A DNA stretch of 64,000 bases from positions 28,086,001 through 28,150,000 of the forward strand of contig OZ365110.1 of the NCBI GenBank assembly GCA_977030845.1, given 5' to 3'. The translations under genes and the position numbers were made by a program. The stretch comes from Fimbriosthenelais zetlandica (lineage: Eukaryota). Under the pieces are notes generated by a model. The model was given only the letters and a program-made list of their open reading frames with translations, ran no database searches and was not told where the DNA came from. Of the stretch, positions 11,901 to 26,900 are shown piece by piece (position 1 is the stretch's first letter; each line of letters starts with the position of its first letter).

Positions 11901-14900
11901 ACTAGATTGAGTAGATCAGGGTAGAGTTTGTAGGTAAGGAGTGGTTCGGGAAGCTGTCTCAGGTAGAGTTTTAGAACGTTAGCGATCACATTGGGATGAT
12001 GTTCCGACAGATCCACGTTCCCCTCATCTATCTCAAAACTCTGACACAACTTCTCCACCCGAGACTTGACCCCAGACAACCTGTAAATGCCCTGAAATGG
12101 TAGAGAAAAAGTATTTATACTTTTATCGATTGGACACTTATTACAATTATGCTCAGCACGAAGGGTGGCCGCATATGGACGTCCAAAATGTAAGCCCTTC
12201 TGAATTCTAAATCTCAGTTCAGTAAGAGATCCATTACCTTTGTGTGCAGCCCTCGCTCGTCAATTTCTTCTGTACATTTTTGCACAATTACCGGTATGTC
12301 AGTGTGCGTCTCTTGCACATGCTGTTTAAGGTCAACGCCGAATGTCGTCATGCGACGTTGTAGCGGTCGCTGACTGCAATCACGCCCGCACTCCCAGTGT
12401 AACGACTCTAGGCATTTCTTGTGGCTGGTCAAGCCGCACTAGAAACAATAGATCCACCTTCATCAATATTAGAATTGAAAGAACAATTCAAAACATTATG
12501 ATCAAAATATGAAGGAAAAATATCGAACTGAACAAAATTAACATTGGTCTAAATGCTGGACTATAAGTCTCCCTTGGATTTCTGAATAAAATGCAGTTAT
12601 TTCCGAATAAGTCAAAACAAATTTCCCCGAAAATTGAGAGTTCTAAATTACCTTAGTGAAGGCATATTTTATGGACCTAAGATCTAAAGATTCTTTTATA
12701 TATTTTCTATTATATTTCTTTTTCTGAAAATAAAATGTAAATAATTGTATTAATCCATAAAATCTATTGTACGGGTTTTAAATGCATGCCAAACCTATCA
12801 TCAAAACCAGTATGATTAGCTGTATTTGTAACGCTAGGATGTTTCGGTCCTTGCCCCAAAACAGGTTAATTTCAACCTTAATTTAGTAGATACAACATCC
12901 AGGTCAAACGTACAACATGCTGGGTCAACTCAGGGTTTTGAAATTCGGTATAATTTGGTGTAACGGGAATGGTAGGGTTTGGTCATTATATGTCACATAT
13001 CCATTTATAAATATCCCAGATACAAGGATGCCTTAATGAACACTACAAATTAATATTGATGTACCAAAACGTATCATCAGGCACAATTTCAGGAAATCGC
13101 ATGCTTCAATTTCACACGCTTGTACAAAGGGTTATAGATTAATAATTATACATTAGGATCCTGAACAAAATTTCCATCATTATTCAAACCTGGAAAAAGG
13201 TTAAAGGATAGTTTACGAACAATACCAAAGGTATAAATTCTATCTTGCTTACATCGTCAGCCAATAGAGAGGGAGTCTAATAAACTCCCTGAAACTGAAT
13301 TCTTATAGGTTACCCATCCTTATAAATACTTTTCGAATTTCTATATTAGACTTGTGTGAGTATGTAATGACGACTTATCCTTTAAGTAAATCATAATGGC
13401 AATGCAACATGTCTAACATTGGTAAATAATCCGTAATTGCTTAAATACGGTAGATTTGTTCTTGATATGGAAACGAAACTATTCGGCATATTCTCAGACA
13501 TCAATAGGCCAATATTATTACAAAAGAAGGCATTTATAATGATTTTTCCTTATGGAGATTTTGGCTGACAATGTTTCGCACCTTAGCACACTCTGCTCCG
13601 TGGAAATAGACATAACTCTCGCATTTGCGACACCGGGAAGGGGTACGGAGCTTCTTGAAGACATGCGTTTGTGCAGCTCGAGAGAGGGTCACACCGTGAA
13701 AGCGGGTGTCGTTGTGGCCAGCACTTACCGAGACACCAGGGGGCACTGTGGAATAAAACCAGAAATGTCAGAAACTTGGAAGAACATGTATACATCATCT
13801 ATGACCCAATGCTAATATGAGTCTTTATGGAAAGAGAATTTTACTCTTCCCTCATTTCCTAATTCTCTCTATTAGCCAAAAATTTGTTCTGCAGGCATTT
13901 GGTGCAAGATGGAGTTTTAGTTGTTCTGAGGTCAACAATACCTGGATGAAGGAACTCTGAAATGTGCAAAAAATTAACAATATCCGCAATTTTAGATCAC
14001 ATTCCACCCCCCTATACCGGTACATTACATTCTTTCCTCCTAATTTTCCATCTCATACGTATCCTTTAAATGTGTCAACTCAGTTGAGGGAATTGTAGAA
14101 GATATGAAACTAAGACAGAATAGGCAGCATGCCAAACTTACATGATGGTACATATAGGTCCTTGGCCTCAGGCTCGTCGTTGTAGGAAGCAGCATCTGGA
14201 GTGAGGTGCTGCGGTCTGTTGACGTAGGGACTGGCCGAAGGTGACGACTCTTGTGATTTACAACTGCTCTCTGATATGGAGTCAGTATCACTAGCGTTAC
14301 TATTAACACCCAGGGGCCAGGCTTTCAGCTGGTTCAAGCCTCTCTGTAGCTTCTCTGTGGGAGAATATTTAGTGGGATTCAAGTACAGAGCTCTAGCATA
14401 GACAATGAAAATATGGATATGTACTGTAGGCCGAATGATGTCGGGTTTGGCCTGATAAGAAGCAAGGAGATCGATGACTTTCAAATATTAAAATTATCTA
14501 GATTAATTGATGGACTAAACTGAAGATGACGAGATAGATTACCTCCGCCTGGAGAATCATCAGAGAATTGTACATCAGATGATCCGGAACCAGAGGACTG
14601 GGTGCTCTGTTTCCTCTCACTGTACCTGCAAACATCCAGGAAAAATACAAATATTAAGAATCACCAACGATAATTTCCAAAGAACAAAACTGTATTATCA
14701 TTATCCTCAGTGGAGCATGTATCGACCATATTTGAGAATTTTAATCTTAACATTTCTTCCATCGGTATAAGGCTGTACCGGTATATAAATTTTCAAAGAT
14801 GTGACAAAGCAAAAGATGTGTCTAAAGCACGACCAACAGGGCTTTAATTAAATATAATAATAAAGCCACATTGCCTAAAGCTGGCAGGACACAATTTCCA

Positions 14901-17900
14901 ATGATGGTCAAAAGCTTTGACTAATAGAATTTACATTCAGAGGCGAAAAAGAAATGGAAAGCAGGACTTATCTGGACGGTGGACCGACTATTCGGTAATC
15001 AATATTGAATATGGTTCCAATTATAGGACCAATAAAAATATGAAATATGAGAATCATAGCTTAAAGGGATGGGCACACATTTATATGAGGAAACACTAAA
15101 GGGTAGGAACGAAAAATGTATAGCAGAATGGGGAACTTTTACCATGTATCATTGACATAAATATAGAGCAAAAAAAGAAACCCCAATTCAATTTAAGGAT
15201 TATCTTGAACTTGTGGTTACTGCAACACTAAATTCAACACCGAAAACTGCGCTTGGTAGCAATGAACTGGTAAGATTGAACTCAACCCCTGTCAGTGTCA
15301 CACAACACAGCGAAAAGCTATGAAATTAGAGGTTCTGAATATTTTGACCCTATGTAGTATAGAATACACTAAAATCATTCATATGTTGATAAGCTAACTT
15401 AGTAAGGTAAAAGAGTCCTACACAATATCCAGCTTTGCCCTATGATGGATTTCACTAAGAATTTATTACCTGGAACAAAAATAAATGATCAGCCTTTTAA
15501 TGTAAAACTAGAGGGGCACACAGTGAGGTCAGGTATCAACAGAGGATCCATGTATAATTATAATATATCTAGACCAGGAAGCCCACTCACACAGGTGCGA
15601 TATTTGTACATCAAAGGTAGAATTAATCACTATAGAGGATTACTATATCTCAGCTTTAATCATAATTAATCTGTATATAATCCCGATGTGCACATCCCAA
15701 GAATCAGGGAATTCATTGAGCTATACGGAAACAAAATTACTCCAAAAGATAGATAAATCCATTACCTTTAAGCTAATAGTTCGATAAAAGATTTCCATTT
15801 CAAAATCTAATGAAACAAACATTATAACGGACTGATTTTGATAGTCGTTACTTCATGCAATCCATTTAAATCGTTTCCAATAGTACACTGGTTTGAGAGA
15901 AGGAAAATTAAACAAGACCAGGTAAAGTGCACATCGAGATCCGGATGTTGTAATAGCACATGGCTATGACTATATGGATGGTTATAATGAGAGAGAGTAA
16001 GTGGTATAAAAGACGAGGTTATTAATGACAGACAGTTGGATGGTAGGACACAGCCGCTATTTACCTGACGTCCTCACCTGGCCAGTGATTAATTTAAGAC
16101 AAGAGAAGGAAATGGTAGCCAGTGATCTAGATCTTCTTTGTTCAAAATATTAGTTTTTGCCCCAAAAGATTAAGTCATATCAAATGAACCTTCATACCAG
16201 GATCATGCAAGATCTATTTCAGTTTCCTAAAAATGCATATCAATCAATAATTCTGATACTCTGCAAAGATCTTAAAATATTATGAGGAAGTCCAGGTCAG
16301 TTTGGAGTTTTATGTTCAAAAGTTCCAACTAAAGATTTCAAATTTAAATCCTACTTCACATGTTAATGCAAAAACTTTAAAAAAAGCCAGACATATGACC
16401 TCTTCCATATATGAAGGAATCACCGATGCGGAAGATAAAGAAATAAGATGTGCTTACTTTCCATCTGGAGCGTAGGGTTCGAATGTAAATGGTTCTTGAT
16501 TATTATTGTTATGTGTGGTAGAAACTGTAAGTCTTCGCACAAACTCGTCATACTGCGTCCCCGGTTCGTATTGCTCGCTACTGTTGCATAACGTCTCGTA
16601 CTGAAAAACAAAATGCAAAAATTCCATTAGAAAATATTATGAAATAACTGAGCAGAGATATCACTAGAATTAATTATTAGAAATGATGAGATATTAGATA
16701 CCGGCATGCCACCTCACTTTGTGGATGTCACAGCTCTGCCATGCCAGACAAGGGCAGAATATTTTCTACCTCAACATGTCTTGTAAATGCAGTGGTCCAT
16801 ATGATGGATCAAACTTAGTATGGCAAATGGCCAGTGCAGGACTCCTGAACTGTAGTGGGTCGAGCAATCCCCCTATGTGTTTGTTTACACAACAGTTCGC
16901 ACTCGCCCATAATGTCAGCTGTTAGAATTCATTGAACACCTCCATTTCCCATAATTTTATAAAGATTAGGAGAGTACCATTTAGCTCAACTTCATCAGTT
17001 CTGACAACCAGAGTTAATAATATTACACATAGAAAAGGAAATTTATTATATTCCATGACAAAAAGAAAAAAATCAAAATAATCTAAATAAAGACATATTT
17101 TAGACTGGATACCAAAAGAGCACAAGTTATTTCAGACATAGATCCTTACAACCAATCTCCTTGGAGGTAAAGATAGAATGAATATTCCCCAAGACATGGA
17201 TGGATATTAGCAGATCATATTAGTTGTAACAATTAATTATCCTCGCGTACGGACACATGACAAGTCTAGATGCAGGACAGTGGGAGGCGATTGGCGAGAA
17301 GCCAAGGATTTAAGAGTTACATTGACAGCAAATTCTCTGACTTCAAATTCATGTAATACATGTAGATGAAAGTTCACTTCCCTGACAAGATGTCTACACT
17401 TCAATACCATGAACACACTGAGCTCACAGAGTGATTCTATCATCCATTTCAATGGTATGATACAATTCATCCTGTCAACTGGTTCGTCATCAACTAACCA
17501 CCTGGACATGACCAAAAGTAATTTTAGATTGCGTGAAATATCAGTCATGATTTCTCCCCAAATTGTTTTCTTTTATGCCATCTCTAAACATATCACTTTT
17601 CGTTATACATGTATATTTGATCCTATTCATTGTATTTGTCTTAATTTCGTGAAATGTCTATTTTAATTTTCTATCTAATCCGCATGTTATGTAATTATCA
17701 ATCTAATTAGCACTGGATGTATTCATCAGTCAACTATTAATCAGGCCTAACACCATCTTTACATATTCCTAATTCAGCAATTTTCTACAGGGATTTTGCG
17801 GGTTAGGGCCTTTGTGGCCGAATGATGCTGAACCCGACCAATGGCCAATGGTAGTGTAAATATAACTTCAAGTATATTATCACTTATACCAAATCCGATC

Positions 17901-20900
17901 AAAATATGATATGACAACTACATGACAGGCCTACATAATATCAAAAGAAGTTTTTGGAACGGTGACCATTGATGGACCAACTTTGGGCCGACAATAAATA
18001 GGTTTGACAAAGTTCCATGATACCCATGGGATGAACGATAAGCGATATCACTCATGAACTGAGCTGCAAAATGGTATATTATTGATCAGTCAATGTAGCC
18101 TACAAATTGGAATACAATCCGGGTACAACCTTTACATATATCTCTATATCAGACCCTGACCAGTGAACTGCTTCTGCTTCAAATAACACCAGCACCACAT
18201 CCATAACAACTTAAACTCAAACTGGACAAATAATACAACTGATTAAATTCTATGATTAATTATGATTTTCGTTATTGCAATATCAGGGAAGATATGAGAG
18301 CATTTTACAGATGGAACTCTAGTTATCACACCTATTTGTCTCCTATTCTGTTGAGCAGAAGGCTGCAATGCTGTGAGTGCGTGGGAGCGTGCGGCTTATT
18401 CACAATTAACAGGTAGGATATTTTCTACCATACTATTCCCCTCGTTAACTTACACTGATATCAACCTTTGAACATCTCTGTTTTTCGCTTGTCACCTGAA
18501 GAAATCCTCCAAGTCCATGTATTAATTAATATCGATCCAGAATCGAAGAAAAAGAATATCATTTTTAGCTCATTGCTTCCTGTGGATGGACACCTTAATC
18601 AAAGGTCTGGCCCTATAATCAATCAACAAGTCCAATTATTCGCAATAATCTGATGAGAATGGTATGTAAAAACTCTCATCTAGATGGCCAAATCCAAGGT
18701 TCAGGCCAGATCCATGGGGTAAGTGCGATAAAATCCACAATTTTAGAAGTAAATATCACACAAAGATGACACTAATAAACAGCAGAAGAAGCAGCAACGG
18801 CAGCAGCAGCAACAGCAATAGCAGCATCAGCAGTGGCATAAGCAGTAGGATTCCAGAAAGCTACTCCCGCGTCGGAGACACAGTACCCACACAAGTGCTA
18901 CACAAGTCCACCATCAACACTTGCAGCTAGACCACCAACCTCGCCATTTGGAAGAAAGAAAAAATCCACCAGATTTTTTCAAAAATATTTGTATCCACTG
19001 TAAAATTGTTGTAGTTATGAAAGTTTCCGTATTTTTCATGTTGAAATAAAGGCATGTGTTAAGAGTTGGTTAGCTGTGTGTACTTCCTAGTGTGGGGGTG
19101 AGTGTGTGTGTATTTGTGGGGCTGGTAAGGGATGACAAGGCTGGAGAGAAGAGATGGATGAATGTGCAGTGTTTACAGTGGTTAATGCTAGTCGGGCAGC
19201 TAACGGCTGCTGCCTGAGAGAGAGGAGGGAGAGGATAGAGGAGAGAAAGGAGGAGGTGGAGGAGAGAGGATAAATGAATGAATGGCGCGGATGAAGGGCG
19301 TGGGCGGCGGGGGAGACCTAGTGATGATCATGACCAGAGAAATGGTCATGAGCCTGATCATGTAGAGATAGACTTGTTTTTCGTTTAGGTGACCAAAACA
19401 CCAATAAATATTAACATATGTTTATATATCTGTATGTATCATTCCTTGAAAACAAACTTTTGTCTCCAGACATAATGGTATACAAGTGGACATGGAATTA
19501 TTATTAAGATATTACTAGATATGTCAGAAGATATAAATACATGTATATCGGAATAGGAAAGAAATAGTTATTTCGGCCAGCACACTTGCAAAACAAAGAC
19601 TGGATACAAGGCTTGCTTCCATTACCAAGAAGCCACTTACTGCCATATACATAATATATTTATTACACAGGTAACTTTCTTCCCTGTATCTTGTTGATCT
19701 TTACCTGTCATATCAGAGGAAAAATATCATCCATGCAAGCCTTCTATCTATAACTCATGCAACAAAAACGCTCTTTTCATAATTTTAGAACGAACCGTTC
19801 AGAAGACCAACAAGGCCATCACCAGTTCACTCCATATTTTGCTTAATATAGAAGTGAGATTATTTACAGAGTTAAGTACATGTATCGAGGACGGACACTT
19901 TGATGGAAAGAAGAAAGTTAATCACCTGTCATGTGAGTACTGCGGAGGCGTGTAGTGAAAATCTCTTATCAGTGAGAAAACCTGTACTGACTGTCTTAAA
20001 TAAGAGATAGGTGTTATAATGAAGGGATACCCGACTACAATAGAAACTGGTGGACAGAACAAAGTGTGTAAGATCTTCCTACACTTTTTGGACAGGCTAG
20101 AACGATTGGCACACCGAAAGGTCATCCATTGGTCGATGAATCCATCCGCCTGTCTCAATCCATTTATCTTTCTATCCATCCATATCTATCTATTTAATCA
20201 GTCCATTTATGCATCCATCCACCAGCCATCTATATATTTATAAGCTGATGGGAAGACACACAGATTGCCCCATCACTTTAAAGCCGTCTATGTAAAACCA
20301 TCCTAGCATTGAACGTCGAGGTCTATATTATTGATACTCACCTGTACAGGTAAGGGAGCGATGACAGCCTGCTGCGACTCAAAGTAGGTAACAGTCACCT
20401 GAGTAAAAGACACAAAGGTTCAAATTAAACCACTGAAATAGGTGTGCTGAATAGTGCCAAAACGAGTCAAGTATCAATAAATTCTAGTAGCTAAAGTTGA
20501 TCTCATGAAAAAAACATACCGTCTTCATGATGAGGTCCGATTGACGAATGATTTCCCTAATCTTACTCAATATCTCCGCCTAAAAAAATATGCAGAAATT
20601 TACATTAATTTATTTTTTGTTGCCAAAGAAGACAAGGGAAGGAATAGAGTGATGTACTTCTTGATCAGGATGCCATTATTTAATGTGTCTTACCTTGATT
20701 CTTTCCAGATCTCTTTGTCTACAGTTGGCGTCCGCCACACAACCCTTATATGTTGTCTCCGACTCAATAGCCTGAAATTTGCAAAAATGTCCAATTATCC
20801 TTCAAGGTTATTCTAACATCAAATACATCAACAGAATATCAACGGAAATTTTGGGAAACATTAGGAATGTTATTTATTTTTAGTGTGGAGTTTTAAGGGT

Positions 20901-23900
20901 ACAACTTTCCATTAGTGCTATCGTTGCTTTCTTGGCAGAAGATGTATCTCACACGTACCTCAGAACAATATATACTCCCACCATTCTAGGTCAGAATGTT
21001 TCTTATCTGGGACAGGTTACTCTAATATTGGTATTATTACGTGATCTGTGTACTTTGTAAGACCCTCAGATTCATGTGATGGCCTTATCACAACACCTCG
21101 TCTGATGTGGTTCAAAAATAACACCAAAATTATCTCGATCCTATTAAGAATAACGGATCCTAGGTCATAACTAAACACAGACTTATTTTTGATCGCAATG
21201 ATATTCCTTAAGTCCCAAGATAATGACGGATGTTTTTTACATGAATGCCGAAATATCACTAATCGGCATAAATGTTGGGCATGGATGAAGACAATACTTA
21301 AAAGACTTTTCTCTTCAATTTGTCTGTTTTTTGTGGATATTTGGTGGATGAATACCGACCCTATGATTGGCCTCCTCCTCGTGTTTTTTCTTCTTGTCGG
21401 CCCGGCCCTGGTTGGCCCCTGCTGCCTGGGCCAGAGACTCTGTCTCAGCTTTCTGGGCCACTTCCTTGGCCTTTTCATACTCCTGCTGCCGTGTTATGTA
21501 CTGTGACCTGGCCTTCTTCAGGTTTACCACAGCTTCTTGCTGCACATCGAGAAGAAAAAGAATTGATAATTTTTTTGTCGGGTTTTCTTGATAGCAAAGT
21601 CGAAAAGGAAATATATGAGTGGGCCTTACCATTTTCCTCATCTCTCGGCTCCATTGCTCTTTTAAAGACTTCCTGATTTTCTCATGTTCTTGTCTTTGTA
21701 AGGTGAGGGGCTGAAAGATCACAAAGGCAAGATTTGAAATTCATCAGATCTTAGTCTACAAGATTGCGATGAAACAATTACATATACATGGAAGAAGAGA
21801 TTGCATAAATCTCCGACTTTCACCGGATTCCATTCAACTTACCTCTAAGAATTTTTGTGTTTGTATGAGTGCACACATAGACTGTGAATTATTGGAGAAT
21901 TCCATGTCCTGTAATATGTATAAAATTAATTTAGTTTCAGTGGAAATTGTATTTCATACCTTGTATATTTTTAATGGTGAGCTAAGTCTAGATTATTAAA
22001 ATTTAGCAGTTTGAACCCAGTATCATCTAGCACGTTAATGTTCATAACAATTTAAATAAATTATTGCCTTTCTTTAAATTTGGCATATTTACCTGTTCTA
22101 GTGCTGAGCAATAAACTGATTGGAAAGGTAAGCATTTCTGGAAAATGAAAATATTTTAAAAGTTGATGAGTATATGTTATGAGGTATAGATAAATGTGGC
22201 AGTCTTCTTTCATAGCCCAGAAAGCCGTTAAATAAAAGACAAATTTAGTGTGTAAAATTACAACTCCCTAAAGATTCCATTTTATTTATACAGAAATAGA
22301 TAAAATAAAAATAGATAAAAGAAAACTTACTTCTTCAGTGATGAGTTGTCGCGTGGATGCGGCTAGTTTTGAGAGACCTTTAGCAAACTCACATTCTGAA
22401 ATGACAATGCAATCCTTATTCCAATGAAGTGTAAAATATCTTGAGGCGCAAAGAGAGTTTTTTCATGTTTCTCCTGGCGCTGAGGGTCTGATCGATAAAG
22501 TTATATACTTACCTAGTTGAGCTCGTCTCTCCACATATGCCAGGATCTCCTTGGTGTATTTGGCCCAGGCCTTGGCCCATGTTAATGCTATGTCCATTCC
22601 CATCTCTCTCCGCACCAACAAGCTGTCCAATTCCTCGGCCGTGAGTGACACTGAAAGGAAGTAATTTAATAAGGGGAAATAGCAGGAGAAATACAAAACC
22701 AAAGAACAGTGATAGGGGAAGTCCACAACGGGTCAAGAAGGGAAGTCGACATCCTCACTGCTGTCAAAGCAGTGGCTTCTCAGTCGAAATATTTCCAAGA
22801 GATATATAACAACTTAACATCTTAATGATCGCATCAAAATGGTTTCAATTAGATTAATGAAGATTCTGATTTCTGAAAGTTTTGCTAAACATTTGGGTTC
22901 CATTATTGAAATTCATGGGATCACATTATTATTGCAAGGTATAATCGATCTCCATATCATAGCAGACTCTAACTTTTGTTATCATTTTTTACGACAATGA
23001 CCCGCCGATAAGACAACCAGACACACAAAGACTAGATTAGACAACACCCATCCAGAATAGAACAACCTAATTATACTTAGAGCTTAATTAATAGGTTCCA
23101 ATTCGAATGGCAATTTTGAAGGAACCAAAATGACATTTAGTGTGTAGGGTAAGGATGATCCAATAAAAGAATTTAAAGGAATTTTGATTGCTACATAAAT
23201 TATTTGTCGAGATTTCTGGTGTTAAATATATGTGCCAAAAGTTGAGAGAATGACCATCATAGGTATGAAAAGATGCAGTCTACGTTTAGATGTAGTGTTA
23301 GGAGTCATCATAATGTAGGACCTTTGCCCTTCCATAAATACTCAAGTCTTCCTGGTACTGTCACACCTCACCCTTCAGTAGGCCTAATGTCCAGACTCAG
23401 AGATAAATACACCACTCACAAAAAGTTAGGGATATGGAGAAATAACAATTGCTTCCTGGATACGCCAAACATGTACTTAGAGAGGTAAATGAGTACTCTA
23501 GCAAATAGAGAGGTAAATAAGTAGGCTACTCCAGATATGGAGAACATTCAATATTGTACATTTCCTATCACATTCTTTCAGCTACATGTATATCTTTTTG
23601 TGAACCTTGTACATGTATATTTGCACAGAAGGTTCTGAGTGAGGACAGGACTTAGTAATTTCCCGTCAGATAAAAATAGTCGAGATAAGAGGGCTGTGCA
23701 AATCATACTTCAATAATCTTATGTATATGAAGTGTTTTATTACCGGTATCTCGTGAATCGACATCGTCTGAAGTTCCAAGATCAGAATCAGCCGTAGCCA
23801 GATTATCAAAAGACTGAAAAAAAATAGATAAAGTTTTAAGAATATGGCCGGAGGGAGAATAAAGAGTAGGGAAAGTGTTTTATAGGGAAAAAACCCATGT

Positions 23901-26900
23901 ATCTCAACGAAAACCAAAATAAATCGTTTCAATATTATTCCCTATTCTTGCAATCCTAATATTACACAGCTTTGATGAAAAGAATGCAAATGAATGAAGG
24001 TAACACGCTCCGATGCCTGCGTACATGTCAGGTCTATGTTCCTGTCTCTATGACATGTAGTGTATCTCTATGAATTTATGAATGATTATCCATGTGTCTT
24101 AAGGTCCTCCGTCACTAGGACCTGTGTGCCTTAAACCCACTTAAGATCCAGTGGTGAAAATTCCATTCACTAATATTTAAACTGCAAGAAAATCAATCCA
24201 GAGAGAGCCGAGGATCAGACACACCTCATCGTCATCATCCAATCCCTCCTCTTCATCATCATTATCTTCATCCCAAAACTCATCTTCCTCCTCTTCTTCT
24301 GCGAAGAGGGAGCAAAGAAAATCGATGTGAGGAGTGGAGGAGATGAGATGATCACCCATGGTGGGGGTAGAACGAGGGCTGCAGGCCCCCTCTGGTATTA
24401 TACACATGGACACTCCCCCACCTGATCCTTGAGTGTCTCCCACCAACCAACTCCACACATTGATTACTTGTTCACTATCTCTCTCCCCTTACTCCACTCT
24501 ACACAGAATGAACAGTCCAACAACCAAAATAGGTCAAAATGCGGTCACCTGACCAGCATGTATGCCTCTCCTATGATAACCACTCAAACTATTGTAAATA
24601 ACTTTCATTATCTTTAAGAAAATATATCCGTAATAATATTGGACATTGTCAACAGGAAAAGGGCAGGAAACATTATTTTTTCTGTGATTTTGTTCGTGTA
24701 AGTTTTGTCACTGCAGTTTGTGGTCTAGAGGCGAATGTCTATAAAAATATCAAGACTGCATATTGGCAAAGATGCCAAGTTGGCAGGGTTGTGGTTTCCG
24801 TGTGACAGAATGGATATCACCAATGGAGAAGATTATAAGTCAATCAATTAATCATCCAATTTATACGGGCCTACTAATTGGAAAATATCAAGAGATACTT
24901 CCGGAAGAGTAAAACAGAGCAATACTTAATTGTAGCCTGAAACCTTATGGTATTCTATACAGATTAATAAATATGCCTGATTAGAATATACCATGGTCCG
25001 GAGTGAAATATATTAATTCTCCTGTACATAATACTATTCTAGATTATGATCTTTTGCATTTATACCATACAGGGAATCCGGATGTATAATATTGATATAC
25101 AACATTTTACAAAGATGCATGTTGGTTGATATTGTACCATTTCTTCGGAAATTCCAAAAGCTTCAAACATAAAAAAGGTTAACCTAGGTCAATCCATCCC
25201 CAGGAAAACTTTTGTTCCTGTCCCCTTTCTTACTTTTTTTCACATCTTAGTTCACATTTATTGCAGGATTAGAAATAACTCTATCTCCTGGACATGTTTG
25301 TTGTGAAGCTATTGTACGTGCCCTTCTGATGACTCAGACGTACAATAGTTTAATATACAAGGCTTATAATAAGATCAAGTTGGGAGATATGATATGTCTC
25401 ACGTGGTTCCATTCTACATAACATGGTGGTACTAGCAGACGAAAACAACATGAGCTTCTACTCAAGAGGCAACTTGGCATTGGATTGATATCTAGGATTG
25501 TTTTAACCACGATTAATGGGCATTTGAGAGCTAGATTTTGTTTTCGCCGTGACTAACATATGAGTTTGTGTGTATGTATCTAGAGCTATTATACCTTTAT
25601 GTGTTTCTAAAAAGGTCTTAGTGTAACTTATCACGTACCTTGGTCTTTCCTAACTGGGGATATGTATCCACATCTCCCATCAGGTACTCGGAAACACTGG
25701 AAAAGACCGAAAGACAGAATATATAGTTTTAAACTAGGGATCAGATTTCTGTCAAAAAATTTGTAGTTCTGCCACTGTAAAAGACAACCATGTTAATTTA
25801 AAATAAAACGATAATTTGCCATCATGGTTAACTTCGATGAGCAGCTCGTCCTTTCCTCAAGCGTCCAATCAATTGAAATAATTTTAAGTACGAGACAAAA
25901 CTACTTTTCCCAATTGCATGCAATGGGAAACACGAGGGAGTGTATGTACTGAGTGGTATAGTACGTGTAATGTTATTTTTTTTAAGTAGATTTAGTGATT
26001 TGATACCTGATGCTGAAATCCAGAGCGAGCTGATCCACGCATGCGTGAAGTTCGGGAATATCATTGGACAGGTCCTCGTAATGACAGCCTGGACACGAAA
26101 ATAAAAAATAAAAGATAATATTAAATCTTCGTAACTACATGTAATAATTAATTGAAGATTGTAGGACACCATTTAATACTACTTTCCAATATGTAATTAA
26201 CAATGATTGTTCACTCTATAACAAAAGTATATATTTCCATTCTGTATTCTGGACTACACTGAAAAGCGGCTCACCAAAGCCGAGTGGTAATCATAATTTA
26301 AAAAACGTTGAAATCCGTCTATTCTAGGCCTAATTAGTGAGCCCGATATGATAGAATTGCCGAGTGGTATCATATTATTGGAAGAGAATGACTATAATGA
26401 TATTACCTTTAATTTTAGAGATAAGAACGACTGCATCAGTGAGGACATCTGTGGTGTGGAGAGCAGGACATTTCTGTAGAACACTCCTTAGGACGCTCAA
26501 TACCTCTCCTAGCTTCTCGTGGGCTGATACGCGGATATCACCCTCCAGACCGCCTGTAATGACAAAAGAAAATCATCCATAAAATATCCATAAAACTTCT
26601 GACAATTACACTGACTGAAGAATAAATAATAACTACCTGTCCAAAAATTAGGTTGTACTTTTACAATTTTAAACTCCACAAGGATAAGGCAAACAATAAC
26701 ACGCCTGCTTCTCACATAACTGGACGAATGGATATTATATGACTTCTCTATGGATTATATAAAATAGAAAACGGAAGAGGTGGGTGTCATAACAGAAGAA
26801 ATGACCCTAAGGCTGAATAACATTATCCAATAGATAGAACGTCCGTTTTTGGTGTTACTTAAGTGATATAAGCACCATATCAAAAGCTTTGATATATATA

